A stretch of DNA of 32,000 bases from Mycobacterium leprae TN. Lineage in GTDB: Bacteria > Actinomycetota > Actinomycetes > Mycobacteriales > Mycobacteriaceae. Shown here in pieces: positions 1 through 8,971 of the stretch (position 1 is the stretch's first letter; each line of letters opens with the position of its first letter). A program made the translations under genes and the position numbers. The notes below the pieces were generated by a model that was given only the letters and a program-made list of their open reading frames with translations, was not told where the DNA came from and made no database searches. The DNA is taken from assembly GCF_000195855.1 (NCBI RefSeq), contig NC_002677.1, positions 990,001 through 1,022,000 of the forward strand, in the 5' to 3' direction.

Positions 1-386
1 GTTTCACTCATCCCGGCTACGGAGCCGTTCGCGCGGCCATTGACGCGGCGGGCGGGGCGTCGGCCGGCATCACCGGAGCACAATGGATCGACGTGGTGCG
101 CCAGCAAACCACATCGGCGCTGATCGCCGGTCTGATCAATGAGCTAGGTGTGGAGTCGATCCAGGTCGACGACGAGAAGCTGCCGCGCTATATCGATGGG
201 GTGCTGGCTCGCTTGCAGGAAGTGTGGATGGGCCGACAGATTGCCGAGGTGAAATCCAAGTTGCAGCGTATGTCGCCGATTGACCAGGGTGACGAATATC
301 ATGAACTGTTCGGCGATCTGGTCGCCATGGAAGCTTATCGACGCAGCCTGTTGGAGCAAGCCAGCGGCGACGATATGACCGCCTGA
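1..386 (+). CDS. dnaG: DNA primase DnaG, C-terminal end (5' part lies outside the window)
   Basis: The frame is open from base 3 (FTHPGYGAVRAAIDAAGGASAGITGAQWIDVVRQ...) through listed ORF 93..386 to the TGA at 384-386. The sequence reads like the mycobacterial DnaG C-terminal helper domain. The following small membrane gene and tRNA-Asn match the dnaG neighbourhood I recall from M. tuberculosis (Rv2343c, Rv2342, asnT). Confidence 0.8.
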   Translation, partial: FTHPGYGAVRAAIDAAGGASAGITGAQWIDVVRQQTTSALIAGLINELGVESIQVDDEKLPRYIDGVLARLQEVWMGRQIAEVKSKLQRMSPIDQGDEYHELFGDLVAMEAYRRSLLEQASGDDMTA

Positions 387-400
387 GGTAGTGTTGGCTT

Positions 401-673
401 TCAGTTTCCGCCGTTCTCCCGCCACTCGGCAGAGCGTTCGATAACAGTGGTCTGGTTATCGATTTCAGCCAGGGTCACAAACCCCTCGTCAGGTGAGATC
501 CGATTCGCGACCTTGCGGCGCCCCTCTGCGATCATTGACTTGGCCATGGGACTACCGGTAAGCGTGCGATATATACCTACGATCTGCTCGTAGCGGCGGC
601 GGCCAGCTTTCGCACCCAGCACGTAACCCAGTCCAAGCACGATGACATACCGGATCAAAGCGGTTCCTCCCAC
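401..673 (-). CDS. small conserved membrane protein (Rv2342-like)
   Basis: Listed ORF 401..703 (-). One hydrophobic helix (LIRYVIVLGLGYVLGA) is followed by a basic/charged tail. Candidate starts are GTG 703, GTG 673 and TTG 658, and I cannot choose between them from sequence. It is convergent with dnaG across a 14-bp gap. Confidence 0.5.
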   Translation of the reverse strand: MGGTALIRYVIVLGLGYVLGAKAGRRRYEQIVGIYRTLTGSPMAKSMIAEGRRKVANRISPDEGFVTLAEIDNQTTVIERSAEWRENGGN

Positions 674-773
674 GACGGTGCGGCTGGCTCCATCCTGCCT
701 CACGTACCGGGATGTGTGCGCGCCGAAGCCGGGCGAGCTGGGGCGGCCGCCGGCTAGTTGCCTGGCCTCGTTC

Positions 774-803
774 TTGGGTTCGGGTAGGTCAGTACGCTAG
801 AGT
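774..803 (+). promoter_or_regulatory. candidate promoter for tRNA-Asn (-35 TTGGGT at 774-779, -10 TAGAGT at 798-803)
   Basis: The hexamer TAGAGT fits the mycobacterial TANNNT -10 pattern, with a TTG-type -35 hexamer 18 nt upstream, about 40 nt ahead of the tRNA 5' end. This rests on a pattern match only. Confidence 0.3.
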
Positions 804-843
804 CATCCCGCGATCTACGCCATCGTTCACGTGGGTCGAGTGG

Positions 844-916
844 TCCCCTGTAGCTCAATTGGCAGAGCATTCGGCTGTTAACCGAACGGTTGGAGGTTCG
901 AGTCCTCCCGGGGGAG
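844..916 (+). tRNA. asnT: tRNA-Asn (anticodon GTT)
   Basis: I folded the cloverleaf by hand. The acceptor stem pairs tcccctg (844-850) with cggggga (909-915). The anticodon loop is ct-GTT-aa. The T arm is ggagg-ttcgagt-cctcc (892-908), and the discriminator is g916. No CCA is encoded. Confidence 0.95.
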
Positions 917-957
917 CTGTGGTTAGCAGCACACGTTGCATGCTGCCGGCGCGGGGT

Positions 958-2595
958 TTACCCGTAAACCGGTCGCCACGTGGCGTCGCGGATGGCTTGC
1001 GCGACATCGGTCTGGATCCTGGTCACTACACTGTCTTCGACGGCGGCTTCATAGACAGCTGCAGCGACGGCGCACAAGTTCCGAACATCCGGCAACAGCG
1101 CATTTACCAGATTCTGGGTGTGGCGTCTGCATTCCCTGGGTTAGCCGCTTGGCACCGGCCACGATGACGTCCATTCCGAGTCCGGTAAACACCGGCGTGT
1201 TGTTGGCCTGGCCAATAATGAGGTGGTGTGCTCGTCCTATTCAACGGGGAGGACCGGGCTGCCGGTAGTAACCAGCGTTCTGTCGTTCGAACAGGACAGA
1301 ATGTCTGTAGGCATGGCTTCACACATGTGAGGTCGGGTTGGGCAACGGAAAGATCATCGGGCGCTCGCAGGACACCGTCATCGTCTCGACAACTTTCCGG
1401 CTGAACGCACCGAACACCGCTGAGCAGGAGGGTGGGTGATGCTATCTTGATCGCGGCGACCAATCCGATCCGCTCTCCTCTCCTGTAGCCACACCGAGCT
1501 GTCGGTGGTCCTTCGCATCGGGTACCTGAAAATCGCATAGTTAGTCCATGTCGTTGAGTAGCAGATTCTGCTTGTCAATCGCCCTAGATCTACGACGTGG
1601 CTTGCTTGACGGTGGCGCCGTCGTCGATCCATTGCGTCGCGTATCTGATTCAGCAACATCGATCCCGGTCGTCCTGGTTCCGAAGACGACGGTCATCTGG
1701 TCGTGTATCCGGGATACCGGTGACACGGGATCGGTCGTGCATGGTGGACAACACCACGGCGTCGTGCCTGGCATGTCATACTTGAAACATGCAATAGTCG
1801 CTGCCATAGGTCTGCAGGATATTCCGCGTGTTTCCTGGCCTGAAGTCCTCTAAATGCAGGTTTACGTGCGGACAAAGCCAGTTTGCGATCTCGATGTAGC
1901 GCTTGATGAATTCGTCTTATTCGGTTCCACGCGTGGCGGTTGCCGAGATAGAACGGGGGTCTTGCGGCAGTTGCTTATTAATCAATTCCAGACATCAAGG
2001 GAGACCGCCAGACAGCGGTGCTAATCGACTCTGCCTCAGGCGGTGTAGAGCGTCGGTTTGCCCACCGTGATTTGGATGCCACCCACATCCCAATAGTCGA
2101 TACCTAGGATGGCCTTGGCGTCGGTGCAGGCGGTCGGGTCGACGTTGTTGGGCCTTAATCCGAAGGTTTGGTAAGGCCGCGGTGATGTCGTCTGGTTCTT
2201 CAATGCTCAGAAGGAGTCCCCGTTGCTCACGGTATTGATCGGAGAAGTGTTGGATGGCTTCACCTACGGTAGGTGTAGACCACCGGTATCAGCTCCGGTA
2301 AATGGTCGGCCAGCACCTTGCAGTAGAACAGTTTGTGTCGGTGATGCGACTGCGTAAGCAGGATCCGGTCAAGGTTAGTTGCGAAGCTTTGCACTTGAAT
2401 CCAGACGCGGTCGGCTTGTTGTTTCAGATTTAGCATGACCGGCGGTAGTAAACTGGTCAGTTCAAGCCGTCGCCGCTCTTTGTGAGTGAAACCCACCCCG
2501 CGGTTGAGAGTTGGTGAGGACATCGTGACCTGGGGTAGTAGCGTGAGGGCGTCGCTCACCAAAACCTCCATTGGTGTCTTGGTGTGTGTGATCAC
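958..2595 (-). pseudogene. mez: NAD(P)-malic enzyme pseudogene (multiple frameshifts and stops)
   Basis: Minus-strand fragments in different frames match malic enzyme along its length. The N-terminus is SSPTLNRGVGFTHKERRRLELT...LFYCKVLADHLPELIPVVYT (ORF 2260..2595). The middle reads GERIGLVAAIKIASPTLLL (ORF 1104..1538). The C-terminus is DVAQAIRDATWRPVYG followed by TAA, whose complement lies at 958-960. No single frame stays open. Confidence 0.75.
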
Positions 2596-2789
2596 GGTAA
2601 CGCGGATCGAGATGAACGTGTTTTGACGAGCATTTGAAACCTACTGTTCGGGTGTCACCGCCCCACGGTGCCCGGTTCCGTCGTCGGCTAGTGGGCGCAT
2701 GCCTTGCCGGGCAATCCAGTCTGGTCGAGTCAAAGGTTGGCGTTGGGACTGATTTGTGGTTCTGATGTTTGTTGTGGTGACACCTGAGT

Positions 2790-3815
2790 AGCGGTCCGAG
2801 CCCAATACTCGTAATTAGATTGTGTGGACCGATGGCGCGCTGGTTCTCGTCAATTAGCACGTGCTGCCTTACTAGCTGCAGCATTTGCGGATCGCAACGG
2901 TCGACGAGCTCATTGTGGCGATCAAAACCGGGTGGTTCGGGGAGGGGCACCAGCACTTGGGGTGGCTGGATCGTTTGAGGTGGTGTTGGCGGTTTTGGCA
3001 CACCCCGTCGATGATGAAAAGGTTGAGCTGAAGCTGGCGAGAAAGCATTTCGGCTCGGCTCGCCGCGGTGAATCTGGCGTGGGGCGTGCAACAGGCGCTG
3101 GCCAAGTTGCACGATGGGCAGCAGGCCGTGCTGCATGAGGTTCTGCGGATTTGAATGAAGATGACCAGGTCAGACCGGGCGACCGCGACTCATGCGGCGG
3201 ACTTTATCCAGCGGTTAAAGCCGGGTCCGCCAGTGCGCGTTCTGGCCCACTGCAATATTAGGTTATTGGCCACGACCGCGTTCGATAACGCACTATGGTG
3301 CGTTGCGGGTACTGTACGTGCCGGCAGATCGCGACTGTCTTGGTCGACGAGACCAGCCTGCTGCTGCAGGGGGCCTGGCTGGCCGCGTGGGAGCTGGCCG
3401 ATGCCGGCATCCCGCAACGGCTGACGATCGATTCGGCTGCGGTGTGTGCTATGGCCACCCGGGGAGGTGGACTGTGTGATCGTCGGTGCTGACTGCATCA
3501 CTGTTGACGGTTCGGTCGCCAACAAGATCGGCACCTATGGCATGGCACTCGTCGCTTATCGGCACGGCATTCCGTTCATCTTGGTCGCTCCTGAATCTAC
3601 GGGTGGTCCGGCTACCGCCACCGGGCGCGAGATCGCTGTGAAACAGCGGGCCGCAGATGAAATCACTCATTTGGGTGGGGTCGCGATCACCCCGGACGAC
3701 ACCGCTGTCGTCACCCTTGCCACTTCGATCTCGCCCCATCTGAATTGGTGACTGTGATCGTCACCGAGAATGATGTGGTGGATAACTACGCTGCAGATCG
3801 ACTTTCGGATGCGTC
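2790..3815 (+). pseudogene. mtnA: S-methyl-5-thioribose-1-phosphate isomerase pseudogene (eIF-2B alpha/beta/delta family)
   Basis: Fragments in three frames match MtnA: VWTDGALVLVN*HVLPY*..LRIATVDELIVAIKT, VRGGAPALGVAGSF, ATHAADFIQRL..VRVLAHCN..LATTAF, DETSLLLQGAWLAAWELADAGIP, VDCVIVGADCITVDGSVANKIGTYGMALVAYRHGIPFILVAPEST and VTVIVTENDVV. In-frame TAG stops are visible near 2850-2870. The ends are approximate. Confidence 0.7.
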
Positions 3816-4426
3816 GTCGCCCACCGATCTTGATCGGGCCACAGATCGCCAGCATCACCTCGGGTCTCTATGTGTGGTTAGATGCCAGACACGACCAGTA
3901 ACATTGCGGTTCGCAGCGGGCGGACCGTAGTAATCACCGGCAGTGGATTGGCCAAGGTTGAGCTTACCGCTGACGATATGGTAAAAGTGAATATTGCTGA
4001 TCCCCAAATTATTTCGGGAATACGATGCCTGTCGGCAGGGGCCATCATTCACACCGGTGTTTTCCGTGCTAGTTATACCGATGCCGTGGTGCACATCCAT
4101 CTGTCATATGTGATGGCACAGTCGCTTGACGTCCCAAGTGTGCTGCGGTTCAGTGGCTATGAGCTGATCAAACGGCTGGGGATCAGACGAACCATTGCCA
4201 TTCCGGTCTTTGGCGATCACGCCGATATTTCGCGCGTCGGCATCGATATTGAGCGTCATCTGTGAGCGGGAATCCGGATGCATCGCCGGTCTTGTTCGTA
4301 GCTGGCTACGACATCACCTCCTGGAATGCGTGCCTCGCGCAAGCTCGCGATCGCGCCAAGTGTTTGGAGGCGATGTTCGACCTGGCGACACTGATCGGAT
4401 GCCGCGAAACCGGAGCACAGGTGTGA
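3816..4426 (+). pseudogene. mtnB: methylthioribulose-1-phosphate dehydratase pseudogene (class II aldolase/adducin fold)
   Basis: ORF 3882..4265 (TSNIAVRSGRTVVITGSGLAKVELTADDMVKV...DAVVHIHLSYV...GYELIKRLG...IPVFGD) stops prematurely. The C-terminus continues in another frame (NPDASPVLFVAGYDITSWNACLAQARDRAKCLEAMFDL) to the TGA at 4424-4426. The 5' end is approximate. Confidence 0.65.
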
Positions 4427-4928
4427 TGACGTTGGTCCAGGTCATATCCGACAGTGACGTTGTCGACGTACGGTTGCGCACCGACGATGCGGAACTCATT
4501 AGCGTCGAACGAACCAAGCGTGGCGATTATTTTTGATCGCTGGCCCACGATGCCTGACCTCGATGCGGTCACCCCGATCACTGAAATCCGGGCGCACTAT
4601 CGCCACCACATTGCCGAACTGAATGCCGATAGCCGCTACCAGCACATCGACGTGGCGTGGCTGCAGCCCGTCTATAGTGAGACTTGCATTGGCTGGACAT
4701 GCCCAAGGTGGCCCGCTCGAAGTTTCTTGTCGAGCACCTGCACGCCGAGGACGAAGTGCGCTTCTTTGTCGCCGGCTGAGGCTGCTTCTATCCTGCATCT
4801 GGAACCTGAAATCGTGGCGGTAGTGTGCGACGGCGGTGACCTGTTGTTGTTGCCATCGTGTATCCGGCATTGGTGTGACATGGGCGTTCATCCCGATTTC
4901 GTGGCGATTCTGTTCTTAGAGGGAACCC
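4426..4928 (+). pseudogene. mtnD: acireductone dioxygenase (ARD) pseudogene
   Basis: The ATG at 4426 overlaps the mtnB stop by 1 nt. The frame MTLVQVISDSDVVDVRLRTDDAELISVERTKRGDYF hits a stop. Continuations in other frames are FDRWP...TEIRAHYRHHIAELNADSRYQHIDV, SKFLVEHLHAEDEVRFFVAG and HWCDMGVHPDFVAILF, the cupin C-terminal motif. The native 3' end is replaced by the left arm of the palindrome. Confidence 0.6.
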
Positions 4929-4988
4929 GGCGATTGCGGCGAGCACAGCGCGGATCAGCTGATCCGCGCTGTGCTCGCCGCAATCGCC
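4929..4988. repeat. perfect 60-bp palindrome (30 + 30 nt, no spacer)
   Basis: ggcgattgcggcgagcacagcgcggatcag (4929-4958) is the exact reverse complement of ctgatccgcgctgtgctcgccgcaatcgcc (4959-4988), checked base by base. It explains why ORFs on both strands contain the identical peptide RRAQRGSADPRCARRNR. Confidence 0.97.
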
Positions 4989-5640
4989 ATCGGGGAAACC
5001 ACCAGTCCGACCAGTTCGGTGCGCGAGTGTCTGCACGAGTGCAATTGCCCCATTTTGCGCAGTGGCTTGTCGATAACTGAAGCAGTCCTGTGGATTTGGT
5101 TATCATCGACAGTCGGCAATTGGTCGGACGACCCAGCGCTGATGCTGCGGAGGAAGTCGAATATCTCTTGCAGTCGGCTGGATTCCGATGTGAAGGACGA
5201 ACCGCTAAAGATAGCTCAAGGTCTGATCTGTGTAACTGGTTTCCGCAGTGGTGCCCTGCGCTGGGAATTCTTCTTCGACGTACCTCAGGCATTGACGATG
5301 TGGCACGACATGAGTATTGCTTTGCGCGTGTTTTCACTGGGTTCTGTTCGTAATCAACAGGCTTGGTCTGTCCACGCGCGGAGGTGAGCTGGTGTCGTTG
5401 ATCAGTGGCTGGTTCGATCTCACCAGCGCGGACGCTAAGCGCGAGGTGGCTTCCTACCACAAGATCTCCGATGCGATAGAAGTGCCAGACGCGAGAGGAT
5501 CCTCTTTCTGTTCGACTATCCCGACGAACTTGATGTGGCCGTCGCAGCGGGCTGGCTGGTGCTCGAGATGGCGTGCACAGGCCAGCCGAACTCCTCACGC
5601 CCCTATACTGTTGGCGTCATTCCTTTGCTGAAGTTGATTA
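4959..5640 (+). pseudogene. mtnC: enolase-phosphatase E1 (HAD family) pseudogene
   Basis: LIRAVLAAIAIGETTSPTSSV is a degenerate version of the HAD motif I region (xLLDIEGTTSPI). LKIAQGLICVTGFRSGALRWEFFFDVPQALTMWHDMSIALRVFSLGSVRNQQ follows. GELVSLISGWFDLTSADAKREVASYHKISDAIEV is in another frame. Frameshifts are present and the 3' end is approximate. Confidence 0.6.
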
Positions 5641-5669
5641 CCCACCTGTCGACCTGATGTCGAAAACAC

Positions 5670-6353
5670 TCAGATTGAGAAGTCCTCGCCGTGCCAAACC
5701 CCGGCTTCGGGTAGCCGGATGACGCGGTAGGTTTGCGAACCGCCGTCTTCGGCTTCCAGCTTGGCCACCCTGGTGAGCAGGGATTGCAGGCTGACGCCCA
5801 CGAAGTCGGGCAGCACAGAATCGTCCCCGTTGGCCGGGCTGTCGCTGCTGATGATTTGTCCGGGAACCCCGACGGCCACAGCGCTGGCTGGGACCTCCTT
5901 GACCACGACTGCGTTGGCGCCAATCCGGCTGTCCTCGCCGATCTTGATGGCACCGAGGACCTTGGCGCCGGCGCCGATGGTTACTCGATCCCCGATGGTT
6001 GGGTGACGTTTACCCGTTTCCCGGCCGGTGCCGCCGAGAGTGACTCCATGGAAGATGGTGACGTCATCGCCCACTTCCGCGGTTTCCCCGATCACCACGC
6101 CGGTCGCGTGATCGATGAACAGGCCGGCTCCGAGCACGGCACCGGGGTGGATGTCGACCCCAGTCAGGATGCGGGTGAGTTCGGCGAACGCCCGCGCGGC
6201 CAGTCTGGCGCGACGATTCCACAACCAGTGACTGATTCGATGACCCCAGACGGCGTGCACGCCTGGGTAGCAGCAGATGACCTCCAGCACCGTGGGCTGT
6301 GCCGGATCTCGCTGTCTTGCTGCCTGGATATCACGCCGGATTGCCGCAAACAT
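5670..6353 (-). CDS. cysE: serine O-acetyltransferase
   Basis: ORF 5670..6476 trimmed to the ATG at 6353 ([18 protein letters not shown]...), 2 nt after the cysK stop. The left-handed beta-helix hexapeptide region reads [44 protein letters not shown]. The C-terminus ends ...EDFSI, and as I recall a C-terminal Ile docks into the CysK active site in cysteine synthase complexes. Confidence 0.93.
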   Translation of the reverse strand: MFAAIRRDIQAARQRDPAQPTVLEVICCYPGVHAVWGHRISHWLWNRRARLAARAFAELTRILTGVDIHPGAVLGAGLFIDHATGVVIGETAEVGDDVTIFHGVTLGGTGRETGKRHPTIGDRVTIGAGAKVLGAIKIGEDSRIGANAVVVKEVPASAVAVGVPGQIISSDSPANGDDSVLPDFVGVSLQSLLTRVAKLEAEDGGSQTYRVIRLPEAGVWHGEDFSI

Positions 6354-6355
6354 GG

Positions 6356-7288
6356 CTAGTTGGCTAAGTCCGCGAATAGCATCGTGCTTAAATATCGCTC
6401 GCCGAAATCGGGCAGCACGACGACGATCAGTTTTCCTGTATTCTCTGGCCGGCGGGCCACGTGCAGGGCGGCGCAAACGGCCGCCCCTGCGGAGATGCCG
6501 ACCAGCAGTCCCTCTTCCTTAGCCAGTCTGCGGGCTAGGTCGAGCGCTTCTTCGTTGCCGACGGTAACGATCTCGTCCACCAGGTCCAGGACCAGCACCG
6601 ACGGGACGAATCCAGCACCGATGCCCTGAATGGGGTGAGGACCCTTCTGGCCACCGGATAACACCGGCGACGCGGCGGGCTCTACGGCGACGAACTGCGT
6701 GGCGGGCCGGCGTTCTTTAATGATTCGGGCAACACCAGTGATAGTGCCTCCGGTCCCGATTCCAGAAACGAAGATGTCTACCTTGCCATCGGTGTCGCGC
6801 CACACTTCCTCGGCGGTTGTGGCGGCGTGGATGGCTGGGTTCGCTGGGTTCTCGAATTGCTGTGGTATAAAATACCTTTTATCGGACTTGGCTAATTCCT
6901 CAGCCTTGGCGATGGCTCCTGACATGCCATCGGCGCCCGGAGTCAAGATGAGTTCGGCGCCGTACGCTCGCAACAACATTCGTCGTTCGATGCTCATTGT
7001 CTCGGGCATGGTCAGCACGCAGTGGTAGCCACGTGCTGCGCATACCATAGCTAGTGCGATGCCGGTGTTCCCGCTCGTCGGCTCAAGGATGACGGTGTCC
7101 GGCTTGATCAAACCCGCTTCCTCGGCCGTGTCGATCATGGCCACGCCTATCCTGTCCTTCACGCTGTTGGCGGGATTGAAGGATTCCAGCTTGGCGACAA
7201 CGTCAGCCAGCGCACCTTCGGTAACTCGGCGTAGCCGGACCAGTGGCGTGTTACCAACTAGTTGTGTGACGTCTTCAGCAATGCTCAT
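6356..7288 (-). CDS. cysK: O-acetylserine sulfhydrylase (cysteine synthase A)
   Basis: Intact 310-aa ORF with the PLP-lysine motif NPANSVKDR, the substrate loop [10 protein letters not shown] and the glycine loop [10 protein letters not shown]. Its ATG (7288-7286) overlaps the upstream gene's TGA (7287-7285) in an ATGA arrangement. Confidence 0.96.
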
Positions 7289-8589
7289 CTATCTTCATCT
7301 CCAAGGGGCTCGGCTTCTTCAAACATCTCAGCCTCATTGGCCTCCCAGCTAATGTCGAACTCTATGGCCATTTCAGTGGGGATGGCTAGGGCAATGGGGG
7401 TTAGCCGCTGTGGTGTCCCCTCGATTGCCACTCCGGTTACTACTCGACCGGCGACGTTATGTGGCGTGGTTGCGGTCAGCGTTGTCGTCGACTTACCTGC
7501 AGTTTGGCGCAGGTAGAAGTCTGTTCCCGGTTGGATGATGTCGTCGATGACGTAGCCGTAGGAGTTGACGAGTGTGTGACCGTCGCTGGCATTGAACATC
7601 AGCGGTATTCGCACCTGGAACGGGCCCACGAGTTCGGGTTCTGCTATGGCGTTCGTGTCGACTAGATCCGGTTCGTCGGTTTGGTGCAGAACGTGGCTTG
7701 TCTCCGCAAGCAAGTAGTTGTAGAGGTATACAACTCGGTCGGCGTTGTGGTAATGGCGAGTGCCGGTTAACCAGAAGTCTACGTGATCGATTGTTGGGGA
7801 AGCGGCATCGGTGGTGGCGATCAATCGGTAGTAGCGGTAGCCGCGTCCACCTCGGCCGTGACTGCTGGCCAACAGTGTGCTACCGACGCCAAGTGTCTGT
7901 TGGTGACGGCCGATGCCGGCGGGTATAGTCCGTTGTGATCCGGAAACATCTTGCCAAACAACGCCATTGGATGATTTTTGCAGCTTCAGGTCGACCGGGG
8001 CTTCCGCGTCGACCCATGCTGAATAGCCGCCGAGCTGTGGTTCGCCGTCGAATTCGAACGTGATCACCGGTCCAGGGCAGCGATGTACCGCGACGGGTAC
8101 GTTTCGCGGTCGAGTATCAAGAGCCAAGCCGTTGGTCAGATACCAGATCGCGGCCTGGGTTGCTGCAATTGCTTCGTGTTCGCTGATATTGGCTGGCCCT
8201 AGTGGGTAGCCGGCTTCGCGTATCCGTTGGCTCAGGTCGGTGGTGGAGCGCATCGGGAAGGAGTGACGCAAAATCCAGTCCACCTCGGCTTCGCAGGAGT
8301 GCGCGCTCAGGTGCGGTAGTGCAGAGAACGTTCCCAGGCGATAACGCGACGGGTGTTGCGGTGCGATCCCGGTGAAATCGAGAGAGTAAGCGTGCAGGTT
8401 GGGGTTGAGCCTGATCAGATCGGTGCGTGCGCATGTGCCGTCGGCAAATATAATTGTGTCGACTGTGTGGGAGTAGGTACCGCTTCGGTAGCGAGTCATG
8501 TGAGTTAGTTCGGTGGTCGGTCTCACTGTGATGCGTCGGCAGGTCACCACCTGGGCTAGGGCGCGACTGGATATGGACAACACGGTCAT
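7285..8589 (-). CDS. TQXA (Cys-Gln thioester) domain-containing protein, no signal peptide or sorting motif
   Basis: Intact 434-aa ORF with GGAAG 11 nt upstream of the ATG at 8589. The block [11 protein letters not shown]...[20 protein letters not shown] (TQAAIW at 8143-8160) matches the TQXA motif region of thioester-domain adhesins. An upstream Cys sits in the expected context ([18 protein letters not shown], Cys codon 8431-8433). There is a central extra domain (..[11 protein letters not shown]..) and an acidic tail ([19 protein letters not shown]). The functional call rests on motifs only. Confidence 0.65.
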
Positions 8590-8737
8590 CGGTGGTTGAA
8601 CTTCCTAAAGGACGAGTTGGGTAGCGCGCGTCTCGATGCTGCCGGACGCGCAGGTATAGCGCTCGCGTAGGCGAGAACGTGAATGATTTGCTGAGAGCGT
8701 TAAAAGGTGTCAGGAATCAGCAACAGCGACAATAACA

Positions 8738-8829
8738 GTCCACGGTAAAGCGGCGCGTAAAGACAAAGCGTGGCTGTGTGGACTGATGCATAGGTCCACT
8801 ATAAGGTGTCGTGTGACTTTAAGCGCGCC
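8738..8829. promoter_or_regulatory. nested inverted and direct repeats in the divergent intergenic region (candidate operator)
   Basis: The inner inverted repeat is GTGGAC (8778-8783) and GTCCAC (8794-8799) with a 10-nt spacer. The outer imperfect inverted repeat is GGCGCGTAAAG (8751-8761) and CTTTAAGCGCGCC (8817-8829). The direct repeat is GTCCACGGTAAAG (8738-8750) and GTCCACTATAAGG (8794-8806). All sit in the 382-bp region between the divergent TQXA-cysK-cysE and encapsulin-desulfurase units. No regulator is assigned. Confidence 0.3.
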
Positions 8830-8971
8830 AGTTGGAGACCCCTGCAGTTTAAATCATTTTGCTCATACTTAGACTTACTTGCACTTCAGTGCGAGCCCGA
8901 TTTTTAGTGGGTGCTCACCGGGAGGGTGTTCAAAGCCAGCTGCTGTATTCGATCAACATGGAAGGACCAGG

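Noticed and set aside
712-1167. 151-aa ORF running straight through the tRNA-Asn gene
   Set aside because: It overlaps a well-folding tRNA on the same strand and has no protein-like features, so it is a chance open frame.
917-1300. Integrated element or prophage at tRNA-Asn (integrase gene, duplicated tRNA 3' end as attR)
   Set aside because: No integrase-like ORF and no repeat of the tRNA 3' half is visible downstream. The adjacent sequence is the 3' end of the malic-enzyme pseudogene.
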